Shown here: positions 51,893 to 60,208 of the stretch, piece after piece
Numbering within the stretch: the first letter of the stretch is position 1
Layout: each line of letters starts with the position of its first letter
Notes under the pieces: model-generated
What the model saw: only the letters and a program-made list of their open reading frames with translations
Database searches by the model: none
What the model was told of the DNA's origin: nothing
Made by a program: the position numbers and the translations under genes
From: Longimicrobiales bacterium
GTDB lineage: Bacteria > Gemmatimonadota > Gemmatimonadetes > Longimicrobiales > Gaopeijiaceae
Length of the DNA stretch: 64,000 nt
Assembly: GCA_965226375.1 (NCBI GenBank)
Contig: CBDDCX010000008.1
Coordinates: 1,504,001 to 1,568,000, forward strand
Direction: 5' to 3'

Positions 51893-53435
51893 CACCACGC
51901 TGGACCGTCTCGCCCGGCTCCCAGCGATCAGGGGCGAGACCCTGCTGGACGATCTCTCCCTCGCTCCCTACCGCAGTGCATCCGGACCCGTAAGCATTGC
52001 ACCGATCGCTTGCGTCCGACCGCTCGACGAGGACGATCTCTCTTCGCTCTTGTCCTGGGCCGCGAATGAAGGGATGTCGCTGATCCCGCGGGGCGCGGGC
52101 ACCGGAATGCCCGGTGGCAACGTGGGTCCCGGAGTGACGCTCGATCTCAGCACGTCGTTTACCGGCGTCGGCCCCCCTCAGCAAGAAGATCGGACGATCA
52201 AGGTCGGTGCTGGCGCCGTGGCTGCCGACGTAGAGCGGGCTGCACGATCCGTGGGACTCTTTCTGCCACCCCTCCCGTCGAGCGCCGAGAGGTGCACGAT
52301 CGGCGGCATGGTGGCGAACAACGCGGCGGGAGCACGCACCTACAAATACGGAGCGATTCGTGATTGGGTGCGGGAGCTGGAGGTCGTGATGCACGATGGA
52401 TCACAGCTTCGCTTGGTCCGGGGAAAGCGAGGACCCGGTCTGTTCGAAGCCCTGCATCGATCCCTTCAGGAAGAGATGGGTTCCGGCCCCACTTCCTGGC
52501 CATCCGTGCGTAAGAACTCCAGCGGGTATGCCCTCGATCGCTTCATGCCACAAGGAAATCCCATCGAGCTCGTGGTGGGAAGCGAGGGGACATTGGCCGT
52601 GGTCACATCGGTCACGCTCGACCTGGAGCCGGTCCCGCAAGCCACCGCGCTCGCCCTGGTGGCGGTGCACAGCCTCGACGACACCCCATCGGTGCTCGCC
52701 GAGGCGGCCACTCTGGGCGCCTCGGCCTGCGAATTCTTCGGTCGCCGCTTCCTGGAGATCACGTCCATGTCATCGCACCCCGTGGTCGGGCCGACCGTTG
52801 CGGATGCCGCGGCGGCGTTTCTCGTCGAGGTCGACGGAACGGTCGATGAAGTCAGCCGCGGTTTGGAAGCGTTGCGACGACTCGGCCGGGAGCTAGGTTC
52901 ACCTGCCGTCACGGCGTTGGACCGCACCGACCAGGAGCTTTTGTGGGAGATCCGACACGCCGCCAGTCCCGTGATCGCCGGGTGCGCCGATCGTGGCCTT
53001 CGGTCGACGCAGATCATCGAGGACTCAGTCGTCCCTACCGAGAGCTTGGGCCGATACATCACACAGCTAGACGGGATTCTCAGCAGGTGGGAGACGGATG
53101 CCGTGCTCTTCGGCCACGCCGGTGACGCGAACGTCCACGTGAATCCTCTCTTGGACGTCACCGACGCGGCATGGCGTGAACGAGCACGGGGGATTCTGGA
53201 GGATACCACGGACCTCGTTGCAGACCTGGGCGGAACGCTCGCCGGAGAGCACGGGGACGGGCGCATTAGGGCGCCACTCCTCGAGCGGATCTGGGGGGAC
53301 ACTCTTACCGGCGCGTTTTTCCGCGTCAAGGATCATTTCGACCCTGGGGGCATCCTCAACCCGGGAGTGATCGTCCCCCTTCCCGGCCAGGACCCGCTGG
53401 AAGGACTGTGGCCCGAAGCAGGCGGGTGGGCGTGA
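51864..53435 (+). CDS. FAD-binding oxidoreductase (GlcD/D-lactate dehydrogenase family)
   Basis: PRGAGTGMPGG, CTIGGMVANNAAG, GSEGTLA, GHAGDANVH, GEHGDG, DPGGILNPG. Confidence 0.9.
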   Translation: MARRSPPSADTTLDRLARLPAIRGETLLDDLSLAPYRSASGPVSIAPIACVRPLDEDDLSSLLSWAANEGMSLIPRGAGTGMPGGNVGPGVTLDLSTSFTGVGPPQQEDRTIKVGAGAVAADVERAARSVGLFLPPLPSSAERCTIGGMVANNAAGARTYKYGAIRDWVRELEVVMHDGSQLRLVRGKRGPGLFEALHRSLQEEMGSGPTSWPSVRKNSSGYALDRFMPQGNPIELVVGSEGTLAVVTSVTLDLEPVPQATALALVAVHSLDDTPSVLAEAATLGASACEFFGRRFLEITSMSSHPVVGPTVADAAAAFLVEVDGTVDEVSRGLEALRRLGRELGSPAVTALDRTDQELLWEIRHAASPVIAGCADRGLRSTQIIEDSVVPTESLGRYITQLDGILSRWETDAVLFGHAGDANVHVNPLLDVTDAAWRERARGILEDTTDLVADLGGTLAGEHGDGRIRAPLLERIWGDTLTGAFFRVKDHFDPGGILNPGVIVPLPGQDPLEGLWPEAGGWA

Positions 53436-55048
53436 CGAGTCCACGCCTTCTACTGCTAGGGCTGGGTGCGCTACTGGCCAGTTCCCTGGCCTGGAGGCCC
53501 GGGGCTTCCGTGGATGCCGTCCCACCGACGTCGGCACTTGTGGAAAGCCAGGCGGAGACCAGCACACAACCCCCCTCTCCGCCGAGCCCCGAGATCGAAG
53601 CCCTCCGCCGCGACCTTTCCGGGTTTCTGGACGGCACGCGGCTGCGCTCGGCAACGGCAGCTCGGCAAAGGGGCGTCCTCGTCGTGTCGCTCGACCGGGG
53701 CGATACGCTGTTCGCCAGGAACGAGAATCTTCTCCTGACCCCGGCCTCGAACATGAAGGTCGTGACCACGGCAGCCGCACTCCACTTTCTGGGCCCATCC
53801 TTCACCTATCCGACGTTCTTGCTAGGCGATGGCGTGGTCGAGGACGGCCACTTGCAGGGTGATCTGATCCTCTATGGAACCGGCGACCCGGGGATCTCAG
53901 ATCGATGCTTCCGTACCCGTACCCGTGTGTTCGAGGAGCTGGCGGAACAGCTGACCGCGGCCGGAATAACGCACATCGATGGCAACATTGTGGGGGACGC
54001 GACCTATTTTTCGGGGCCGGACCTCGGGCCGGAATGGAATCCGCGCGATCTGAACGAGCGGTTCGCGGCACCGGCCTCCGCCCTCTCGTTCAACGAAAAC
54101 ATCGTCACGTTGCGCATCATCCCCTCACCACGGCTCGGTGGCGTGCCCACGGTCGAGACCATCCCCACCGGTTTCCCGCTGGAGATGAACAACACGGCCG
54201 AGACCGTCGCCGGCAGGCCACGACCGAGGCTGTGGCTCGACCGACCCACGCCCACATCGCTCATACGCATCGAAGGCGAGATGACGCGGGGCGGTCCGGC
54301 CATCTGGAGGCGACTCACGGTGCCCGATCCAGCCCTGTTCGCCGCCCGCGCCCTGCTGGAGGTACTGGAATCGAGCGGTTTCGTCGTGAACGGTGAGGCA
54401 CGTGCGGTCCACAGAGCCGCCCGCTCACGCATTACCGACCGGGAAGCGTGGGTCCCGAGCCTTCCGGAAGACGAGGAGCCGCGGATTTTGGCCCGCCATA
54501 CGTCCCCGGAGATGATCCAGTATCTGAACGTGGTCAACCACGAGAGTCACAACCTGTTCGCCGAGACCATCTACAAGACCATGGGCAGAGTCGTCATGGG
54601 CCAGGGATCGTTCGAAGGGGGGGCCCGAGCAGTCCGCCGCTTCACGGCCGGCGAGGTCGGGCTGGACGATAACGATATCATCGCGGTGGACGGATCCGGC
54701 CTCTCCGAAAGCAACCGTGTAACGGCGGGTGGACTGGTGGCGATCCTACGCTACGTGGCCAGATCTCCCCAATGGGATGCATACCTCTCCACCCTCCCCG
54801 AAGCTGGTCGATCCCTACGCCGCATGTACCGGACCCGAGCGGCCAGGAATCTACGTGCCAAGACGGGCACGATCGACGGGGTTTCGGCCCTGACGGGCGT
54901 GGTCTCGGCGCGGGACGGTGAAAGGCTGCTCTTCAGCATCCTCTCGAACGAACTCACGTCCACGGGCGCCGCCAAGCGAGTGGAGGATCGAATCGGATCG
55001 AGGTTGTCGGACTTTCAACGGGCTGTACCCGGGGTACCCCCGCCCTAG
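53432..55048 (+). CDS. dacB: D-Ala-D-Ala carboxypeptidase/endopeptidase (S13)
   Basis: PASNMK (SxxK), SHN, DGSGLS..N, KTGT. Confidence 0.93.
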   Translation: MTSPRLLLLGLGALLASSLAWRPGASVDAVPPTSALVESQAETSTQPPSPPSPEIEALRRDLSGFLDGTRLRSATAARQRGVLVVSLDRGDTLFARNENLLLTPASNMKVVTTAAALHFLGPSFTYPTFLLGDGVVEDGHLQGDLILYGTGDPGISDRCFRTRTRVFEELAEQLTAAGITHIDGNIVGDATYFSGPDLGPEWNPRDLNERFAAPASALSFNENIVTLRIIPSPRLGGVPTVETIPTGFPLEMNNTAETVAGRPRPRLWLDRPTPTSLIRIEGEMTRGGPAIWRRLTVPDPALFAARALLEVLESSGFVVNGEARAVHRAARSRITDREAWVPSLPEDEEPRILARHTSPEMIQYLNVVNHESHNLFAETIYKTMGRVVMGQGSFEGGARAVRRFTAGEVGLDDNDIIAVDGSGLSESNRVTAGGLVAILRYVARSPQWDAYLSTLPEAGRSLRRMYRTRAARNLRAKTGTIDGVSALTGVVSARDGERLLFSILSNELTSTGAAKRVEDRIGSRLSDFQRAVPGVPPP

Positions 55049-55055
55049 TGTTCGC

Positions 55056-55295
55056 CTAAGAAGCCCGACCTAGAGCTGAGCGCAATCGTCTGCGCAACTC
55101 GACGTCAGACATGGCGGCGAGCGCCCGTTCCGCCGTGCCCGAGCTGTTCCAGCGTACGTCCACGAGGCTCACACCATCGTCGGCGGCGCCCTCCACATGG
55201 AGGTGCAGGTAGTAGCGACCCTTGTAGTCCGTACCCGACTCCGATCGCACGGTCGCCACCCAAGCGCTTCCGTTTTCGTCCAGGAATTCAGTCAT
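55056..55295 (-). CDS. small hypothetical protein (79 aa)
   Basis: MTEFLDENGSAWVATVRSESGTDYKGRYYL..; follows the AraC gene on the same strand. Confidence 0.6.
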   Translation of the reverse strand: MTEFLDENGSAWVATVRSESGTDYKGRYYLHLHVEGAADDGVSLVDVRWNSSGTAERALAAMSDVELRRRLRSALGRAS

Positions 55296-55342
55296 GAGAT
55301 TGGATTGAAGGTGATCGTTTCGGACCACATCAGGCGCAGCGA

Positions 55343-56146
55343 TCAGGCGACCGAGATGCGCGACGTGGTCGAAGTCTCGAACCCACAATCTCGCAGAAAG
55401 TGTCTGAGCACGAAGGACAGCACCCCCCGCTCGGCCACCGTCGTGGGCGTTGCGCCGGTAAAACCCTTCAGGGCCCGTCGGAAGGCCGCACCGGACGAAT
55501 ATTCCAACTGGCGACTGACACTCTGCCCGGTCCGCCCGGGATCCCCCAGCCAATGCCCCGCATGGAGGAGTCGAGACCACACGAGGAGGCGTCCGATAGC
55601 CGGCAGACCGGTCCTCTTCAAGCAAACGCTAAGGAAGGGTCGCGACAGGCCCATGAGTTCGGAGAAGCCCTCGGCCGACCAGCACTTGTGAACCTGGTCC
55701 AGGACGAGCCGTAGTGCCTTCGACTCGCGTGGCGTGAGGTCGGGGCTGACCTCCCGCAGAACGCGCGAGGTCACACCTCGTTCTTGAGCCTTGTCGACAC
55801 TTCGGCGCAGGCGCCACGCCTGATCCTCACTGTTCAGGACTACGAGGCTTCGGAAGCCCAGGCGCCCCACCTCGAACAGTGTTCGTGGATCCTCCTTGTC
55901 GCCGGCCAAGAGCACGAATCCCACGCTCGGGAACTGACGGCGCACCCTCAGAAGCCGCTCCAGTCCACCGGGCCCCCATCCGAGCGATGTCAAATCGACC
56001 ATACACACACTCACAGGTCGCTCTCGAAGTGACAGTGCCAGCCAACCAAGCGTTCTGGCCTCGGCAACGTCATGCACGGTCGAGAGTGCCTCTCGGAGGC
56101 CGGATTGCACCTCGGGATTCCGGGTAAAAGTGCTTACAAGTGCCAT
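55343..56146 (-). CDS. AraC-family regulator with N-terminal receiver-like domain
   Basis: C-terminal double HTH (FSELMGLSRPFL..VSRQLEYSSGAAFRRALKGFTGATP); N-terminus VCMVDL..GLERLLRVRRQFPSVGFVLLA. Confidence 0.82.
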   Translation of the reverse strand: MALVSTFTRNPEVQSGLREALSTVHDVAEARTLGWLALSLRERPVSVCMVDLTSLGWGPGGLERLLRVRRQFPSVGFVLLAGDKEDPRTLFEVGRLGFRSLVVLNSEDQAWRLRRSVDKAQERGVTSRVLREVSPDLTPRESKALRLVLDQVHKCWSAEGFSELMGLSRPFLSVCLKRTGLPAIGRLLVWSRLLHAGHWLGDPGRTGQSVSRQLEYSSGAAFRRALKGFTGATPTTVAERGVLSFVLRHFLRDCGFETSTTSRISVA

Positions 56147-56278
56147 GACCTTCGGAAAAGGTATACCCCTAGTCGGAAATGATTGCGGCACCCAAAGATG
56201 CCGCATCCACCTTATTAACGAGCTATACCGTCCAGTCCCCCCTCACCAGAGCCCATCTTCGGGAAGGAACCCGGTCTA

Positions 56279-56413
56279 ATGACGAAGCTTCGCCTCTTTT
56301 TCGCCGTCGCAGCCCTCTCGTTCGCGTTGAGCGCGTGCTCATCGCCCGCGGGCCTGGACTGCGCTGCCGGAGACAGCATGTGCCAGACACTCGCTCCGGG
56401 TGGCAACGGTTAA
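56279..56413 (+). CDS. small secreted lipopeptide (44 aa; not in the ORF track)
   Basis: MTKLRLFFAVAALSFALSAC-SSPAGLDCAAGDSMCQTLAPGGNG*; GGGAAGGA RBS; basic n-region, hydrophobic h-region, LSAC lipobox. Confidence 0.8.
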   Translation: MTKLRLFFAVAALSFALSACSSPAGLDCAAGDSMCQTLAPGGNG

Positions 56414-58224
56414 GGGCCCTGCGCTTCCGTTGAAACCAGCTGGTCCCGCATAGAACTCAACTCACTACGTACCCCCTCGATATCTTCGAGGGTCGTGGTA
56501 TCAAAGCTCGCACCGGCATCCTCGGCCACGGGTTCTCCCGCCCTGAGGGCTTCGAGTGCAGCCTCTGCCTGGAAGAAGATCTGGTGGTTGCCGTGCTCTT
56601 CGGAGTGCGTCTTCGCTTCGGTCATCCAACGTCCGGCGAGTTCGATATCTCCGAAGAGGCCGAAGGCTTGGCCTCGATTCAGAAGCAGTTCGGAGACCAT
56701 GAAGGACGGCCCGTTTCGCCATCCAGTCTCGTCCACGGCTTCGAGTCGATCCTCGAACTGTTTGCGACGGCCCAGCCGAGCCTCGATGTAGGCCAGGGCT
56801 TGTAGCGCATAGACCTTATAGCGGAAATCCTCCGTACGATGGGCCACCACCGTGTACGCGTCTTCCGCCGAGCCGAGCTCCCCCACCTCGACGAACACCC
56901 AAGCCAGGTCCGTCAGGGCGTGGAGCTGGTGCCGCTCGGTCGGATGGAGGCGAACGGCCTCCCACCCGTGGTGGATAGCCTTTCCGTATCGACCGGACAA
57001 CTGCTCGTCGGTCATGAGGTCGTGGTGGCCGAGTCCCTGGACATAGCCGTCACCGTCAGATTCTCCCCACTCGAGGCTCTGACGATGTAGCTCGAGGGCC
57101 TTAGGCAGATTTCCCTTCTCACGGGCGGTGTTCCCGAGCCCGTTCAGGGCCAGTGCGGACAGCCTGCCGTCGCCGAGGGCCTCACCAAGGTCCTGGGCCA
57201 CCCCATACCATTGCTCGCTATCCTCCCAGGCGCCGAACCGGCGATGCGCTCTACCGAGGAAACGGGCGGCGGGGCCGGCGATGGCCGCCGATCCACAGGT
57301 CATGGCGACCTGGTAGGCGAGGCGGAAGATCTCCCGGGCTCCATGCAGGTGTCCGAGCATGTCCACCCGGTCGCCCAACTCGAGGAGCGATCGGCCCAAC
57401 TCCACCCCGTCACCCGAGCCGAGGGCCTCCAGAACCGCGCTCCAGCTCTCGCGCTCGGGATCACCCGCGTCCACGGCGTCCAGCTCGCACTTCACGCCTT
57501 CGACCTGCTGTCGAAGCGCTTCGGGATCCATGGTGAGCTCTTCATCCAGCGCGGAGCGCACAGCCCGGGCCACCAGGAAGCGGGTGGCAATGCGGCGATT
57601 CGTCTCGGCATCGTTCTCCCGTCCCTCCAGGTCTTTGAGGACCGCCCATCCGGAGAAGGTCTCGCCTGCCGCTGGATCGGAACTCTTGCTGAAGCGCTTG
57701 GGACCCGTGGCCTTACGGTCCAGATCTTGATGGAGAACCACGGCCGCCGCCTCACCTGCGACGAACATCAACTCGTCGGTGACATCCACGGCCAATCGCT
57801 GTCGAGGGGTCAGCGAGTCCACGATGAGGAACCAAGCCCTGGTCCCGTCACTGCCCATAGCGACGCAGCAGGAACTGCGAACACCAGAGATCGGGATTTC
57901 TCCGGCCCGCTCGATATCCGGCTTGTCGAGCAGACCCGGTACGCCCTTACCCCACGCCACCCTGCACGCCTCTACCGCGAAGTTACGTCGTGGGGGCTTG
58001 CCCACGAGATCGAGCAGGCAGTGCACGTGAACCAGACCGGGCCCGTACTCATCGACCCATACGACGGCGGCCCGATCGGCCTCCAGCAACTCTTGCGCAC
58101 ATGCGAGATGCCCCAAAAGGCAGGAGCGTACAGGGTCTCCGCGGTAGAGCGCCGCGATCTCCTCTGACCGCTTTGCCCGCCCACTACGGTAATCTGAGAG
58201 TCGTGGAACGTTCGAAGTAGACAT
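56410..58224 (-). CDS. GAF-like + tetratricopeptide-repeat protein
   Basis: TPR-like units (ARFLGRAHRRFGAWEDSEQWY, ALNGLGNTAREKGNLPKALELHRQSL, ALTDLAWVFVEVGELGSAEDAY); N-terminal ADRAAVVW..VRSSCCVAM..WFLIVD resembles GAF. Confidence 0.8.
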   Translation of the reverse strand: MSTSNVPRLSDYRSGRAKRSEEIAALYRGDPVRSCLLGHLACAQELLEADRAAVVWVDEYGPGLVHVHCLLDLVGKPPRRNFAVEACRVAWGKGVPGLLDKPDIERAGEIPISGVRSSCCVAMGSDGTRAWFLIVDSLTPRQRLAVDVTDELMFVAGEAAAVVLHQDLDRKATGPKRFSKSSDPAAGETFSGWAVLKDLEGRENDAETNRRIATRFLVARAVRSALDEELTMDPEALRQQVEGVKCELDAVDAGDPERESWSAVLEALGSGDGVELGRSLLELGDRVDMLGHLHGAREIFRLAYQVAMTCGSAAIAGPAARFLGRAHRRFGAWEDSEQWYGVAQDLGEALGDGRLSALALNGLGNTAREKGNLPKALELHRQSLEWGESDGDGYVQGLGHHDLMTDEQLSGRYGKAIHHGWEAVRLHPTERHQLHALTDLAWVFVEVGELGSAEDAYTVVAHRTEDFRYKVYALQALAYIEARLGRRKQFEDRLEAVDETGWRNGPSFMVSELLLNRGQAFGLFGDIELAGRWMTEAKTHSEEHGNHQIFFQAEAALEALRAGEPVAEDAGASFDTTTLEDIEGVRSELSSMRDQLVSTEAQGP

Positions 58225-58323
58225 CTACACCGGAATAAATAGCTTGTGGGGGGATCACTCCAAGCTAGGCGCCCCGAGTTGGAAAGACAACGGTGACGTT
58301 GACCCACCCCTCACGCCCTTTGA

Positions 58324-59310
58324 ATGACCCCTGATCAAGCCGAGGATCGGCCAGGAAGCCAAGCAGCGCCCGCTTCCCGGGTACTCGAGCCCACGTTTCG
58401 GGTCGACATCGGCCTGGTGACACTCTGTGTCATCTGGGGGGTGAACTTCTCGGTCATCAAGGTGGCCCTGGTCGAGATAGAACCTCTCGCCTTCAACGCT
58501 CTCCGCTTCCTCCTCGCCTCCGCGACCCTGTTCGTCTTGTTGAGATGGAGGGGGCCTGTCCCCATTCCACGCCGAGAACATTGGGTGCGGGTGGTCCTTC
58601 TTGGTCTCCTCGGCAACGTGGTATATCAGTTCCTGTTCATCTTCGGCCTCGACGGCACCCTTGCCGGTAACGCCGGCCTCGTCCTGGCGACGACGCCCGT
58701 GTGGACCCTGGTCCTATCCACCGTGCTGGGACAGGAACAGCACACGGTGGCTGTGTGGCTCGGTGTGCTGGCAACCCTGGGGGGCATGGTCTTCGTGGTC
58801 GCTGGCGGGGCCGGTGCCGCGGGCTACTCCGGCGGTATCCCGAGGGGCGATCTACTCCTGATCGCCGCAGCCGTCACTTGGTCCGTCTACACGGTCGGAG
58901 CGCAGGATTTGACGCGCCGCTACGGTGCCCTGGCCGTGACCTCGTGGACACTGTGGGTCGGCACCATAGTCCTCGTGGCGGCCGGCGCCTCGGCAGTAGG
59001 GCGTATGGATGTTCGCGCCGTCTCGCCCATGGCATGGACTGGAGTGGTCTACGCGGGCGTCCTGGCCATTGCGGTCGCGTATTTGCTGTGGAATTACGGC
59101 TTGGAGCACATCGGCAGCGCACGGACCTCCGTATTCTCGAACCTGGTGCCTATCGTGGCACTCATCACCGCCGCCATCTGGCTCGACGAAAGACCCTCCG
59201 CTCTGCAGATGGTGGGTGCAGCAATCATCATCGGAGGGGTGTGGATGGCTCGGGTGGCAAGGGCCAGAGAGGGAGAGTCCGCCGGAGAGGCGGCAACCGA
59301 AGGCCTCTAG
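58324..59310 (+). CDS. DMT/EamA family transporter
   Basis: IWGVNFSVIK, RFLLA, about 10 TM helices in two repeats. Confidence 0.92.
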   Translation: MTPDQAEDRPGSQAAPASRVLEPTFRVDIGLVTLCVIWGVNFSVIKVALVEIEPLAFNALRFLLASATLFVLLRWRGPVPIPRREHWVRVVLLGLLGNVVYQFLFIFGLDGTLAGNAGLVLATTPVWTLVLSTVLGQEQHTVAVWLGVLATLGGMVFVVAGGAGAAGYSGGIPRGDLLLIAAAVTWSVYTVGAQDLTRRYGALAVTSWTLWVGTIVLVAAGASAVGRMDVRAVSPMAWTGVVYAGVLAIAVAYLLWNYGLEHIGSARTSVFSNLVPIVALITAAIWLDERPSALQMVGAAIIIGGVWMARVARAREGESAGEAATEGL

Positions 59311-59314
59311 CCTT

Positions 59315-60112
59315 CTAGCCCGGCGAGCCCGACTCGAGCCTGGGATGATGCCGAACCTCGGGGAACTCGTACACGATAATCCCCTGGTTGGTCACGTCGG
59401 AACGGACTCTGAGCCCGTCGTCCATGCCCTCCAGCACGCTCTCGGCCGCAGCCAGGGACAGGTTGAGCGAGGCGGCCACTTCGGTCACGGTGAGGGTCCC
59501 CCCCTTTTCGGTGGCCAGAAGCAGCACGCGACGCTGTAGCCGCGTCATCAGGGCTCTCCGGCGATCCTGACGCGCTTTGAGCCCCCACCAGATGGTGCCG
59601 GTCCCGGCGGCCCCCAGTACGCTGCCCACAGCCACGGCCTCTAGTGCGAACGAGATAATACCGACCGAGATCATCAGCGCTGCGCCTAGGACCATACCCA
59701 CGCCAATCGTCCTCCGGACAATTCCCCTTCGGGGAAGCCCCTCGTCGGCCCCGAAGCGAGGGCGGGCACCAACCGGGCCGCCCCAGGCAGGCGCACGGGC
59801 CGCACCGGGTCCCAACACCGCCGCATTCTCCCAGCCCAAGCCGCACTGCGGGCAAATGCGGTGTTTTCGGCGAGCCAGCCAGTAGGCCAGTCCCCCCAAT
59901 CCGTACGTAAAAAGGGACACGCCGATGAGCAGACCCATGTGTCCGGGCCGCCTGAAATACTCGATGCCGTTTCCGACGTAGGCACAGCGCGGGCAGTTCC
60001 GCACGCCCATTCCGACCGGACGAACTATGGACCGAGATGAGACCGCCACCCCACAAGTGGGACAGGCGGTCTCATGCTCTCTCAGATGCTCACCACAGGT
60101 AGAACAGCGCAT
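59315..60112 (-). CDS. zinc-ribbon membrane protein
   Basis: CSTC/CPTC and CPRC/CPQC pairs, TM segments, small C-terminal HTH-like domain. Confidence 0.7.
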   Translation of the reverse strand: MRCSTCGEHLREHETACPTCGVAVSSRSIVRPVGMGVRNCPRCAYVGNGIEYFRRPGHMGLLIGVSLFTYGLGGLAYWLARRKHRICPQCGLGWENAAVLGPGAARAPAWGGPVGARPRFGADEGLPRRGIVRRTIGVGMVLGAALMISVGIISFALEAVAVGSVLGAAGTGTIWWGLKARQDRRRALMTRLQRRVLLLATEKGGTLTVTEVAASLNLSLAAAESVLEGMDDGLRVRSDVTNQGIIVYEFPEVRHHPRLESGSPG

Positions 60113-60208
60113 TCAGCCTCGACGCAGGAGTCTTCCTCCAAGGTAGACACTCGATACTACGTGTTCGTTCCGGCAAAGATTCAGCCCTTTCACCGTCCCG
60201 CTCGGGTC

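Noticed and set aside
56215..56406. 63-aa minus-strand ORF in the track
   Set aside because: Antisense shadow of the lipopeptide gene, which has the RBS and signal peptide.
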